A stretch of 64,000 nt of DNA from an uncultured Alphaproteobacteria bacterium. Lineage in GTDB: Bacteria > Pseudomonadota > Alphaproteobacteria > Rs-D84 > CACZYB01. Positions 20,110 through 29,248 of the stretch are shown piece by piece. The notes under the pieces are model-generated. The model was not told the origin of the DNA. It searched no databases and saw only the letters and a list, made by a program, of their open reading frames with translations. How positions within the stretch are numbered: the first letter of the stretch is position 1; each line of letters begins with the position of its first letter. Both the position numbers and the translations under genes were made by a program. The stretch lies in assembly GCA_934246625.1 (NCBI GenBank), contig CAKQHZ010000001.1:370964-434963 (forward strand). The letters are read 5' to 3'.

Positions 20110-21243
20110 TTACATTTTCCATTTGAAACTGCCATCTGATTTTATTATGACACGTGAACCAGGAATTCCAGCTTCGGAAACTGCACGTTGTGCTTTCTCT
20201 GCTTCTTCTGGAGTCATAAATTCACCAAGACGAACTTTGTAAAGTGTATTGCCATTTGCTACGGCTTTGAAAATCTTTACTGTTCCAAGAGATGAAAGTT
20301 TGTTTTTCATTATTTCTGCCTTATCATAAGTTGAGTATGCACCAACTTGAACGAAATAATCACCAACACCCTCTGTCTTTGTTGTATCAGAAACACTTTC
20401 TGGTTGAACAGGTGCAGGTGCTTCTTGCACAGGAGCAACTACAACAGGTTCTGCTGGCTTTTCAACAGGATTTTGTTGAATATCAGGAGCATAAATGTCA
20501 GTGTTTTGTGAGGCAATAGCTAATTCCTTAAGATTACGGCTTTCTTCTGGTAAAATTTCAACTTTTACACGTGCTGTGCCCTTTTCTTTAATACCAAGAA
20601 CATCAGCAGCGGCAGAAGATAAATCCAAAATTCTGTCTCTTGCATAAGGACCTCTGTCATTTACCTTTATATTTGCAGAAATTCCATTTTCAAGGTTTGT
20701 TACACGAACAAGTGATGGCATAGGTAATGTTCTGTGTGCAGCAGTAAGTTTTGTTTCATCAAAAACTTCGCCATTTGCTGTTTTTCCACCATGGAAATCT
20801 GGACCATACCATGATGCAATACCTATTTCACTGTATGTATAATCTTCGTGTGGATAATATGAAACACCATCAATTAAATATGGGTTTCCGATTTTATAAT
20901 TTCCCATTGCACCAAATGCAGTTTTTGAAACATCTATATCAGCAGGATTTTCAGCTGGCTTTGTTGCTTCTACTGGGGCAGATGCTTCTTGCACAGGAGC
21001 AGGAGCCTCTACAGGTTGATTTTGTTGTTGTGCTTGATTATTTTGAACAGCCTTCATACTTGTAGCCATTTCTTCACTAACTTCTTCCTCATCACCATAA
21101 ATATCATCATACATATCATAAAAATTTGTTTTTGTATAGCTTGATGGTTTTGAAGTTGATGTAATTGCAACACCTTCTTGCTTTGCCACTGAACAAGCAC
21201 TTAATAATATAGACCCAAATAAAGCAATTAAAATTTTATTCAT
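20110..21243 (-). CDS. rlpA: septal ring lytic transglycosylase RlpA (DPBB plus SPOR domains), lipoprotein
   Basis: Lipobox LLSAC. A Q/P/A-rich linker, a double-psi beta-barrel region (WYGPDFHGGKTANGEVFD…) and a C-terminal SPOR-like domain. Confidence 0.85.
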   Translation of the reverse strand: MNKILIALFGSILLSACSVAKQEGVAITSTSKPSSYTKTNFYDMYDDIYGDEEEVSEEMATSMKAVQNNQAQQQNQPVEAPAPVQEASAPVEATKPAENPADIDVSKTAFGAMGNYKIGNPYLIDGVSYYPHEDYTYSEIGIASWYGPDFHGGKTANGEVFDETKLTAAHRTLPMPSLVRVTNLENGISANIKVNDRGPYARDRILDLSSAAADVLGIKEKGTARVKVEILPEESRNLKELAIASQNTDIYAPDIQQNPVEKPAEPVVVAPVQEAPAPVQPESVSDTTKTEGVGDYFVQVGAYSTYDKAEIMKNKLSSLGTVKIFKAVANGNTLYKVRLGEFMTPEEAEKAQRAVSEAGIPGSRVIIKSDGSFKWKM

Positions 21244-21302
21244 ATTTTTTCTCCTTCATTTCATATTTATAATATCATTTTTTTCCTACTGATGCAACAA
21301 GT

Positions 21303-22100
21303 TTATTTTAAATAAAAGTATAAAAAGATTGCAAATAAAATCCTATAGATAGCAAATATTTTGAATGATGATTTTTTAACCCAATTTATCATAAATTTTA
21401 TGGCAAATAATGAGAATATAAAAGACATACAAATTGTAAAAATTAAATAGACTATGTTTATTTTTACTGGATTTGCAATAAATTCAACTATACTTCCAAC
21501 ACCAAGAAAACCAACCGTTGGAATTGAAAGCAAAAATGCAAATCGAACCGCAGATTGTCGCTTTTGTCCGCACATCATACCAGCTGTCATAGTAGCTCCA
21601 CTTCGGCTTACACCTGGAATTATTGAAATAATTTGTGCTAAACCAATAAAAATGGCATCAAAGTATGAAAGTTGTGGAATATCTTTTTTTTTCGCACTAT
21701 AGACATCAGCAAGATACAAAAGTCCACCAAAAATAATGCTTGTATAGATTACAATCTTTGGATTTCTTATACCTGAAATTCTACCAAAATACATTATTGC
21801 CCCAGCAATAAATATTGGGATAAATGCTAAACAAATTTTATAAAATAAACTTCTTTGGGATTTGGTGCTGTTGCTTCGAAAAATGGAAAAAAAGATTTCC
21901 TTTATATCCTTTCGATAAAAATAACATACTGCCAAAATAGACCCTATATGTGCAGAAATATCAACTATTATCCCCTGATCCGCAACATTGACTAAATAAG
22001 GTAAAACTAAAAGATGGGCAGAAGAACTTACAGGAAGAAACTCCGTCATTCCCTGAATAAAAGACAAAATTGTTAAATATACAAATTCAAACAAATCCAC
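21303..22100 (-). CDS. uppP: undecaprenyl-diphosphatase
   Basis: 265 aa with eight TM helices. Motifs FLPVSSSAHL and PGVSRSGAT. Confidence 0.9.
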   Translation of the reverse strand: MDLFEFVYLTILSFIQGMTEFLPVSSSAHLLVLPYLVNVADQGIIVDISAHIGSILAVCYFYRKDIKEIFFSIFRSNSTKSQRSLFYKICLAFIPIFIAGAIMYFGRISGIRNPKIVIYTSIIFGGLLYLADVYSAKKKDIPQLSYFDAIFIGLAQIISIIPGVSRSGATMTAGMMCGQKRQSAVRFAFLLSIPTVGFLGVGSIVEFIANPVKINIVYLIFTICMSFIFSLFAIKFMINWVKKSSFKIFAIYRILFAIFLYFYLK

Positions 22101-22221
22101 TCCTACCCCCTTTATAAAAAAAACTTGTTTTATTATTGTAATTTTGATATAATAAGTAAGATTATATAGTAAAAAATTTCTTTTTTCTATTATTTTTTAA
22201 TAATTTTAGACGGAGTTTATT

Positions 22222-22785
22222 ATGGCGAAGAATGAATGGGAAATTACAGTAGGTGATTATGTTGTTTATCCAACTCACGGTGTCGGACAAGTAGCAGAAA
22301 TAGTAGAAGAAACTATTGCAGGAATGAATATTGAATTTTTGGTTGTAAGATTTGCAAAAAATCGTATGACTTTGAAAATTCCTGTGGATAAAATTGAAGT
22401 ATCTGGACTTAGAAAACTATCAACAGAATATGAAATTAAAAAAGCTATTGATATTATGAAAACTTCACCTCAACAAAAAAGAATTGTGTGGGCAAAACGT
22501 GCTCAAGAATATGAAGAAAAAATCAATAGTGGCGACCCTCAAGTTGTTGCTGAAGTTGTGCGTGATTTATATAAGCGTTCTGATAAACTTGAACAATCAT
22601 TTAGCGAAAGACAAATTTATGAACAAGCATTGTCAAGACTTGCTGATGAATATGCTGTGATTTATGGTCTTCCATCTGATGATGCGATTGCAAAAATTGA
22701 ATCTATTATGGAAAAGGAAGATAAAAAACAACAAAAGAATGCTGAAGCTAAACAAGCAGAAGAAATTGACGAAGACGAAGAATAA
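22222..22785 (+). CDS. carD: CarD/CdnL-family RNA polymerase-binding transcription factor
   Basis: N-terminal VGDYVVYPTHGVGQV (RNAP-interacting domain) and an acidic C-terminal tail. Confidence 0.85.
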   Translation: MAKNEWEITVGDYVVYPTHGVGQVAEIVEETIAGMNIEFLVVRFAKNRMTLKIPVDKIEVSGLRKLSTEYEIKKAIDIMKTSPQQKRIVWAKRAQEYEEKINSGDPQVVAEVVRDLYKRSDKLEQSFSERQIYEQALSRLADEYAVIYGLPSDDAIAKIESIMEKEDKKQQKNAEAKQAEEIDEDEE

Positions 22786-22813
22786 TTCTTTTCTTTATTA
22801 AATCAAAAAAATT

Positions 22814-22872
22814 ATCCTCCAATATGGAGGATTTTTATTTGAAAAAAGCCACCTTTTAAAGTGGCATTTTTT
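22814..22872. terminator. two tandem hairpin terminators between convergent carD and fpr
   Basis: ATCCTCCAATATGGAGGAT followed by a T-run, and GCCACCTTTTAAAGTGGC flanked by an A-run and a T-run, so it can act in both directions. Confidence 0.6.
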
Positions 22873-23648
22873 TAGTGCTTATCAAAATAAAGATTTCCTT
22901 TTTCCTTAAGGGTATGTCTTGTAAAGCCCTTTTGTAAAAAGATTTCTACTGTTTCATCAACCATTCTTGGATTTCCACAAAGGAATACATGGAAACCTTC
23001 TGGTGTAATTTTTTTACCAAAATCCTTCTCAATAGTGCCATCTTTTACCAATGATTGTGCATGACCCTTATATCCCTTCCATTGTTCACCTTGTTCCTGT
23101 TCTGAACGAGAAACGATTGGATAATAATGGAAATATGGTGAAAGTTTTTCAAGTTCTTCTAATTCACCCTTAAAACCAAGTTCATAAGTATGTCTTGCAC
23201 CATGGATAAGAGCAACTTGTCTTTTACCATTTAAAATTTCATCTTTGTGGTCGCGAAGAATACTTACAAATGGGGCAATACCTGTGCCTGTGCTTATAAA
23301 TAATAAGTCTGCTGTATCTTCTACACCATCAAAATTCATAACACCAGCGGCCCTTTCACCCATAAATATTTCATCACCTATCTTTAAATCAAAAAGACGT
23401 GGAGTAAGTCTTCCATCTGGAACCAAAACAATATAAAATTCAACTTCATCTTCCTTTGGTGAAGATGTGATTGAATATGCACGTCTGTGCCATTCGCCAT
23501 CTAAATTATTTTTATCATCAGGAAGTCCAAGAACAGCAAATTGACCTGCTTTGAAATCTAATTTATGTTCATCTTTAAACTTTACAAAAAAAAGTTTAAT
23601 TTCTGGAGTAATTTCTTTTATATTTTTTACTATTGCATTGTATTGCAT
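22872..23648 (-). CDS. fpr: ferredoxin--NADP(+) reductase (FNR family flavoprotein)
   Basis: 258 aa. FAD-binding RAYSITSSP and the NAD(P)-binding GTGIAPF motif. Confidence 0.85.
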   Translation of the reverse strand: MQYNAIVKNIKEITPEIKLFFVKFKDEHKLDFKAGQFAVLGLPDDKNNLDGEWHRRAYSITSSPKEDEVEFYIVLVPDGRLTPRLFDLKIGDEIFMGERAAGVMNFDGVEDTADLLFISTGTGIAPFVSILRDHKDEILNGKRQVALIHGARHTYELGFKGELEELEKLSPYFHYYPIVSRSEQEQGEQWKGYKGHAQSLVKDGTIEKDFGKKITPEGFHVFLCGNPRMVDETVEIFLQKGFTRHTLKEKGNLYFDKH

Positions 23649-23844
23649 AATAAACCTCTTTAATTATGATTGAAGTCTTATTTTAATATAATTGTTAAAA
23701 AAAATCAATTGCAAAAAAAAATTTATATGATATATTGAGTTTTATATAGAATTTAATAAAAAAATAATCTCAAATTACCAATTTTTTAAATAACTTTTCA
23801 TAAAAAAGTTGGGGTTTGTTATTATAATTATAAGGAGATTTAAA

Positions 23845-24321
23845 ATGATTGATAAAATGCCTATTACTCCAAAAGGTTATAAAAAACTTGAAGACGAATT
23901 GAAAAATTTAAAATATGTTGAAAGACCTGCTGTAATTCAAGCTATCAGTGAAGCTCGTGCTTTAGGCGATTTATCTGAAAATGCGGAATACCACAGTGCA
24001 AAAGAAAAACAAGCCCTTATTGAAGGTAAAATTACTTACCTTGAAGGTGCAATAAGCACTGCTGAAATTATTGACCCTCTTAAAATGAGTGGCGATGTCG
24101 TAAAATTCGGTGCAACAGTTAAATTTGTTGATGTTGAAACTGATGAAGAAAAAACTTATCAAATAGTTGGTAAGGAAGAAGCCGACCTTGAACATGGACT
24201 TATTTCTTTTGAAAGCCCTATTGCTCGTGCTTTGATTGGAAAAAGTGTTGGTGATGAATTTACTGTGGCTTCTCCTAAAGGTAATAGAGAATTTGAACTT
24301 TTATCTGTAGAATATAAATAA
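23845..24321 (+). CDS. greA: transcription elongation factor GreA
   Basis: ATG at 23845 is preceded by an AAGGAG RBS. The translation MIDKMPITPKGYKKLEDEL… matches the GreA coiled-coil and FKBP-like C-domain. Confidence 0.9.
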   Translation: MIDKMPITPKGYKKLEDELKNLKYVERPAVIQAISEARALGDLSENAEYHSAKEKQALIEGKITYLEGAISTAEIIDPLKMSGDVVKFGATVKFVDVETDEEKTYQIVGKEEADLEHGLISFESPIARALIGKSVGDEFTVASPKGNREFELLSVEYK

Positions 24322-24329
24322 AAATTATA

Positions 24330-24446
24330 ATGAAAAAAATTTTATTACTTATATTGGTTTCTGTTATACTTGCTTCTTGTGGAGTAAAGGGACACCCTGA
24401 TATTCCAGAAGGAGCAAAGTATAAAAGAACTTATCCTGCAGTATAA
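24330..24446 (+). CDS. small lipoprotein (38 aa) with an LptM/YifL-like Cys-Gly-x-Lys-Gly-x-Pro motif; below the ORF-track cutoff
   Basis: MKKILLLILVSVILASCGVKGHPDIPEGAKYKRTYPAV. Lipobox LASC followed by GVKGHP. Starts 9 nt after the greA stop. Confidence 0.5.
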   Translation: MKKILLLILVSVILASCGVKGHPDIPEGAKYKRTYPAV

Positions 24447-24529
24447 TTTGAATTTACTCCTATCTTTCAAACTTGACTTTTTTCATTTTTTATTTTTAAA
24501 ATTATATCAATTTTAATTTTGGAAATATT

Positions 24530-25447
24530 ATGGATAATAAAAATTCAAACAAAAATATGTTGTCTAAATCTGTTAATTTTAATATTACAGGTGGACTTCC
24601 TTCTAATATAAACGATGGCGGTATTTCAAGCTATATCAATATGGTTAAAAATATTCCTCATCTTTCCCCAGAAGAAGAATATGACTTGGCCGTTAAGGTT
24701 CAAGAACAACATGATATTGATGCAGCCGAAAAACTTATTAAATCTAATCTTTTTTTGGTTGTGGCAACCGCGTTTGAATATAAGGGTTATGGACTTCCGA
24801 TTTCTGATATTATTTCCGAAGGTAATATAGGACTTATGAAAGCGGTGAAAAAATATGACCCGAAAAAGGGTTTTCGACTTTCAACCTATGCTCTTTGGTG
24901 GATAAGGGCGACTATCAATGAATTTGTTCTTTCTTCTTGGAGCTTGGTTAAAATTGGAACACAAACCGCACAAAAAAAACTTTTCTTTTCACTTAAAAAG
25001 TTAAAGGCAAAACTTGGCATTTACAATGATAATGATATGACTAAAGATGATGTTAAAAAAATTGCCGATACTTTAGATGTTGAAGAATCCGATGTCGTGG
25101 AAATGAATAATCGTATGGTTAAGGATAGCTCTCTTAACAAAATGATTTCCAATGACGAAGATGGCGATGAAAAGATAAGCCAGCTTGTGGCTACTACTCC
25201 AAATAGCGAAGAAATAGTTGGGGAAAATGAAACCCAATATTTAAGAAGAAAAATGTTGTTTGAGGCACTTCAACAACTTAACCCTCGCGAACAACTTATT
25301 ATTAAAAAAAGACGACTTGTTGAAAATCCCGCAACGCTTGAAGAACTATCTGATGAACTTAAAATCAGTAAGGAACGTGTGCGTCAAATTGAAAATAGAG
25401 CTATGGAAAAGCTAACAAGCTATCTTTCAAAATTCAAAAAATCTTAA
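24530..25447 (+). CDS. rpoH: RNA polymerase sigma-32 factor RpoH
   Basis: Sigma-70 regions 2 and 4 are present. An RpoH-box-like segment WWIRATINEFVL. Confidence 0.88.
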   Translation: MDNKNSNKNMLSKSVNFNITGGLPSNINDGGISSYINMVKNIPHLSPEEEYDLAVKVQEQHDIDAAEKLIKSNLFLVVATAFEYKGYGLPISDIISEGNIGLMKAVKKYDPKKGFRLSTYALWWIRATINEFVLSSWSLVKIGTQTAQKKLFFSLKKLKAKLGIYNDNDMTKDDVKKIADTLDVEESDVVEMNNRMVKDSSLNKMISNDEDGDEKISQLVATTPNSEEIVGENETQYLRRKMLFEALQQLNPREQLIIKKRRLVENPATLEELSDELKISKERVRQIENRAMEKLTSYLSKFKKS

Positions 25448-26361
25448 ATCTTTTTTAACTTTGAAAGTGGGTGATTGTTTGCAATCGCCGATTTTAACTT
25501 ATCTGTCATTATATGTGTATATATTTGTGTGGTGGCAATATTGCTATGCCCTAACATAGTTTGAACCGCCCTTAAATCTGCTCCTCCTGCGATTAAATGA
25601 GATGCAAAAGAATGACGGAAAACGTGCGGAGAAACCTTTGTTTCATCAATGCCAGCGGAAATTGAAATTTCCTTTAGCTGTCTGTAAAAATAAAACCTTG
25701 TTAAATGGCCATATTTTGAAGTTGATGGAAATAAATATTTCGAATCAATTTCATTTTTTGGTATAAATGTATCACGAATTTTTAAATATGTTTCCATCTT
25801 TTTTAAAACCGTATCGTTTATTGGAACCAATCGTTCCTTTGACCCCTTTCCCATTACTTGTATATATTCTCGCTTTACAAACGCACGAAGCGGAAGTGAA
25901 ACAAGCTCTGATACACGAAGACCCGTTGCATACAAAAGTTCCAAAATAAAATCCAATCTTATCCCATTGTTTGTGTGGATTTTTTTTGCTGTATCAATAA
26001 GTTTTTCAATTTCAGCACGAGTTAAATATTTTGGCAAAGATTGCCCTTGTTTTGGTGAAAAAATTGATGATGAAGGATTTTCCTTTATTTTGCCTTCGGA
26101 TAAATAAAAAAGAAAAAATGTGTGCAATGCAGATAATCGTCTTGCCTGTGTTTTGGCGGAAATTTTTTCCTCAGTTAAAAATGAAAGATAGTATCGTATA
26201 TCAGATTTATCAGTATCAAGAAGAGATTTCTTTTTACACTCCTTAATCAAAAATTCGGCAAATTTTTCCAAATCTGTCCTGTATGCAGATTTTGTATTTT
26301 GCGAAATACCTTTTTCTGCAGAAAGCATATTCAAAAAATTTTCAATTAAATCTTTGTTCAT
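25444..26361 (-). CDS. xerD: tyrosine site-specific recombinase XerD/XerC family
   Basis: 305 aa with the catalytic R…HxxR…Y arrangement (HVFRHSFASHL…TQIYTH). Confidence 0.85.
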   Translation of the reverse strand: MNKDLIENFLNMLSAEKGISQNTKSAYRTDLEKFAEFLIKECKKKSLLDTDKSDIRYYLSFLTEEKISAKTQARRLSALHTFFLFYLSEGKIKENPSSSIFSPKQGQSLPKYLTRAEIEKLIDTAKKIHTNNGIRLDFILELLYATGLRVSELVSLPLRAFVKREYIQVMGKGSKERLVPINDTVLKKMETYLKIRDTFIPKNEIDSKYLFPSTSKYGHLTRFYFYRQLKEISISAGIDETKVSPHVFRHSFASHLIAGGADLRAVQTMLGHSNIATTQIYTHIMTDKLKSAIANNHPLSKLKKI

Positions 26362-26456
26362 ATTTTTATAATATCATTTTTAACTTCTTTATGAAAGAAA
26401 ATAAATATAGAAAAAGTCCTTTTTTATTTTTTAATTTATACTATAATAAAAAGATT

Positions 26457-26993
26457 ATGTTAAAAGAAAATAAAGTTTTTAGAAAATGCGACCACCCTGA
26501 TTGTGATAAAGAAGGGGAATATCGTGCACCCAAAAATCGCAACCTTGATGATTACTATTGGTTTTGCCTTAAACATGTAAGTGAGTATAATAAATCATGG
26601 AATTATTACGAAGGTATGAGTATTGAGGAAATAGAAGCTGAAAATAAACGCGATGAAACATGGCAAAGTAAAACATGGAAGTTTGGCGTATCATTGGATA
26701 AAATTGCAAAGGAAGGTAGGCTTGAAGACCCATTTGAAATTTATGCAAAATATATGAAGGGAACAAACTATAAAACCACAAATAAAAAGGTTATAAACCC
26801 TATTACCAAAAAGGAACAAGAAGCATTGACTGTGTTTAATCTTTCATATCCATTTACAAAAGATGAACTTCGTAAAAAATATAAAATCCTTGTAAAAAAA
26901 CATCACCCAGACTTAAATGGTGGGTCAAAGGAAGCAGAAGAAAAATTCAAAGTAATTTCTGCTTGCTATACAATACTTCTTAAAAAGTGTTAA
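26457..26993 (+). CDS. J-domain (DnaJ-like) protein with an N-terminal Cys/His cluster
   Basis: ATG at 26457 inside the 26283 ORF. N-terminal CDHPDCDKEG…FCLKH. C-terminal J-domain with the HPD tripeptide (KKHHPDLNGG). Confidence 0.7.
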   Translation: MLKENKVFRKCDHPDCDKEGEYRAPKNRNLDDYYWFCLKHVSEYNKSWNYYEGMSIEEIEAENKRDETWQSKTWKFGVSLDKIAKEGRLEDPFEIYAKYMKGTNYKTTNKKVINPITKKEQEALTVFNLSYPFTKDELRKKYKILVKKHHPDLNGGSKEAEEKFKVISACYTILLKKC

Positions 26994-27740
26994 TTACTTT
27001 TTTATATTCATCATTGATTTTATTTTATGTCTTTTGAATGCCATAAAGAATACATTTATCATTGCTTCGATGAAAATTTTCTTGCTCATTTTTGATTTAC
27101 CGACACGACGGTCTTCAAATACAATAGGTGTTTCCTTTATTTTTAATTTTGCAAGTGCATTTCGAAATTTCATTTCAATTTGGAAACAATATCCGTTTGA
27201 AATAATCGTATCAAGGTTGATTGTTTCAAGTGATTTTTTTGTATAACAATTATATCCACCTGTTAAATCGTGAATATTTGTTAAAAGCAAAATTCGAGAA
27301 TAAAGAGAACCTCCCTTTGAAATAAGTTTTCTTAAAAATCCCCAATTTACAACACTTCCACCCTTTACATAACGGGAACCAATAACCAAATCATTACCAG
27401 CATCAACCAACTTTAACATATCCTTTATATAAATAGGATTGTGAGAAAAATCTGCATCTTGAGAAATGAAAATATCAAATCCATTTGAAATTGCCCATTT
27501 AAAACCTTCTATATATGCGGTGCCAAGACCAAGTTTTCCCTTTCGGTGCATAATATGAAGTTTGCCATCAAATACATTGTCCTTTATCAATTTATCAACA
27601 ATTTTACCTGTGCCATCAGGAGAGTTATCATCAACTATTAAAATATGAATATTGGGATTTACCTTTAAATCTGTTTTGATAATATTCTTGATATTTCCTT
27701 TTTCATTATATGTAGGAATAACTACACAAACTTTTTTCAT
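26994..27740 (-). CDS. family-2 glycosyltransferase, polyprenyl-phosphate sugar synthase type (GtrB/DPM1-like)
   Basis: ATG at 27740 gives MKKVCVVIPTYNEKGNI…LIVDDNSPDGT (DxD-type GT2 signature). The upstream in-frame extension in the ORF track is unlikely to be real. Confidence 0.8.
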   Translation of the reverse strand: MKKVCVVIPTYNEKGNIKNIIKTDLKVNPNIHILIVDDNSPDGTGKIVDKLIKDNVFDGKLHIMHRKGKLGLGTAYIEGFKWAISNGFDIFISQDADFSHNPIYIKDMLKLVDAGNDLVIGSRYVKGGSVVNWGFLRKLISKGGSLYSRILLLTNIHDLTGGYNCYTKKSLETINLDTIISNGYCFQIEMKFRNALAKLKIKETPIVFEDRRVGKSKMSKKIFIEAMINVFFMAFKRHKIKSMMNIKK

Positions 27741-27877
27741 AATACGTCCTTTGGTTATTTTAATAGGAATATTATAGCAATTACAAAATATTAGGGCAAT
27801 ACCTTTTTTAATAAAGTCTTTACAAATTATGATTTTTGATATATTTTGAAATAGATACTTGGAGACAAGTATTGGGA

Positions 27878-27998
27878 CCACAAAATCCCGAACAGTAATA
27901 GTAGTAATTTCTACTGAGCTATTCTCCTTTGGGGAGTGTAGCTCTATAAGGCATAACTATGCGCGAAAAAGTTACGCCATTACTGTGATGGTTTTGTG
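27878..27998 (+). promoter_or_regulatory. structured 5' leader / candidate cis-regulatory RNA upstream of the first Cys-rich gene
   Basis: A long-range stem (CACAAAA…CAGTAAT pairs with ATTACTG…TTTTGTG) encloses two hairpins: GAGCTA…TAGCTC with a GGGGAG core, and GGCATAACT…AGTTACGCC. It ends about 25 nt before the AAAGGGAG RBS and ATG at 28027. Confidence 0.3.
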
Positions 27999-28026
27999 CC
28001 TCCCCACCAAAAAAGGGAGAAAGAAA

Positions 28027-28584
28027 ATGAACCATGACAAATTAAATTTATCAAAAGATAAAATCTTTAAACTTTCGATTATTATATCAACCTTAATTAT
28101 CAGTTCTTCGGCTTTCGCAAGTGGATATGGATATTACCCAGGTGGTGGAACAAGTTATACTGTTTTTGGACCAAGCACTGAAAAGACATCTTCTTCATCA
28201 AGTTCAAAGACATTTGGAACATCATTGAAAGATATGTTATCAAAATACTGTGTTCCGACGGTTGGCAATTGCGACAAAAAGGCTACCTACAAAGAAAATA
28301 TAATAGCACCTGGCGTTAAAAAAACTTGGTGCGATTGTGCCAACATCAACAAATTCTATAACTCTTCGAATCGTTCTTGCGAGAACTGTATCCTCGGCTC
28401 TTTCGCAACCTCAGACTATAAAACTTGTGAGCCTATTCATTGCCCTGACGGCTATGTTGCGACTTTGATTTCCAAAGGGGCGTGTCCAGATGGCTATACT
28501 TTGCAACAAATCAATGTGGCTTCGGGTTGTGGCGAGGGTTATGCGTTGAAGAAGTATAATCCGGCGACGAAGAGTTTTAATTAA
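28027..28584 (+). CDS. secreted cysteine-rich protein, CPDGY-type repeats; GC-shifted 3' half
   Basis: ATG at 28027 (RBS AAAAGGGAGAAAG). Signal peptide, a Gly/Ser/Tyr-rich segment, then 12 Cys including CPDGY, ACPDGY and GCGEGY. Codons in 28260-28584 are visibly GC-richer (GGC, GCG, CTC) than the rest of the window. Confidence 0.55.
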   Translation: MNHDKLNLSKDKIFKLSIIISTLIISSSAFASGYGYYPGGGTSYTVFGPSTEKTSSSSSSKTFGTSLKDMLSKYCVPTVGNCDKKATYKENIIAPGVKKTWCDCANINKFYNSSNRSCENCILGSFATSDYKTCEPIHCPDGYVATLISKGACPDGYTLQQINVASGCGEGYALKKYNPATKSFN

Positions 28585-28588
28585 AGAT

Positions 28589-28680
28589 ATGGGCGGGAGT
28601 TTTTTATCATAGTCTTGCTTCCGCCCTCCCAGATTGGCACTTTTGAAGAGGGGGAGGTGTCAAGGAAGAAACACCCTCGA
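28589..28680 (+). promoter_or_regulatory. GC-rich leader with mutually exclusive hairpins between the two Cys-rich genes (attenuator-like or small palindromic repeat)
   Basis: Four G/C tracts: GGGCGGGAG, CCGCCCTCCC, GAGGGGGAGGTGT and ACACCCTC. They can pair 1:2, 2:3 or 3:4, and the 3:4 helix sits next to the GAAGGAG RBS. Confidence 0.35.
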
Positions 28681-28691
28681 AGGAGAAAAAA

Positions 28692-29219
28692 ATGAAAACC
28701 ATGAAGAAAAAGAAATTAGCGGTGATAGGGATAGCGGGAATGCTCTCTGCGACAGCACCTGCCTCCGCTCAAACATTTTATCAATGTATGCCGATAACTT
28801 GCCCAGCAGGTAAGTATTTAGAAAATGGAAAATGTAATAACTGTCCTTCTGGAACATATAATAACAAATCTGGACAAGTTGGAAGTGAAAGTTGTATAAA
28901 ATGCCCTTCTGGAACAGGCTCATGGAACGGTGCTTCAAAATGTGAAGCTCCATCTTGTTTAAAAATTTACGGTGTAAATAATTCAAATAATTTTTCTAGC
29001 AAATATAAAGAAATATGCTTAAATCAAACTGTAAATTGCACCTGTGATTTTATTTCAAATTTATTTAATGGTAGTGGCTGTGATAGTCAAGGTCGCTCTT
29101 ATTTTAGCAGAGGTGCAATAAAATGTAGTAATGGATATCACGATTTCTTTACAGGAAAGAGAAAGGCTGTCTGTGAAAATCAAAATAATTGTTTATATTT
29201 AAAAATTATAAATGATTAA
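28692..29219 (+). CDS. secreted cysteine-rich protein with C-x2-CP[AS]GTY repeats (ephrin-receptor/TNFR-like cysteine repeats)
   Basis: Signal peptide MKTMKKKKLAVIGIAGMLSATAPASA. Repeats TCPAGKY, NCPSGTY and KCPSGTG. 22 Cys in 150 mature residues. Confidence 0.55.
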   Translation: MKTMKKKKLAVIGIAGMLSATAPASAQTFYQCMPITCPAGKYLENGKCNNCPSGTYNNKSGQVGSESCIKCPSGTGSWNGASKCEAPSCLKIYGVNNSNNFSSKYKEICLNQTVNCTCDFISNLFNGSGCDSQGRSYFSRGAIKCSNGYHDFFTGKRKAVCENQNNCLYLKIIND

Positions 29220-29224
29220 AAAAA

Positions 29225-29248
29225 TCCCCCTCTATTGAGGGGGTATTT
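29225..29248. terminator. bidirectional hairpin terminator between the Cys-rich gene and gyrB
   Basis: CCCCCTCTATTGAGGGGG flanked by an A-run upstream and a T-run downstream. Confidence 0.65.

Noticed and set aside
25444-26361. XerD-type recombinase considered as a mobile-element integrase
   Set aside because: It has the full-length chromosomal Xer architecture with no flanking repeats or att-like duplications, and its neighbours are housekeeping genes.
27920-27950. yybP-ykoY (Mn2+) riboswitch, because of the GGGGAGTGTAGC resemblance to the conserved GGGGAGUAGC
   Set aside because: The match is imperfect, the other conserved half-site could not be found, and the downstream gene is not a metal transporter.
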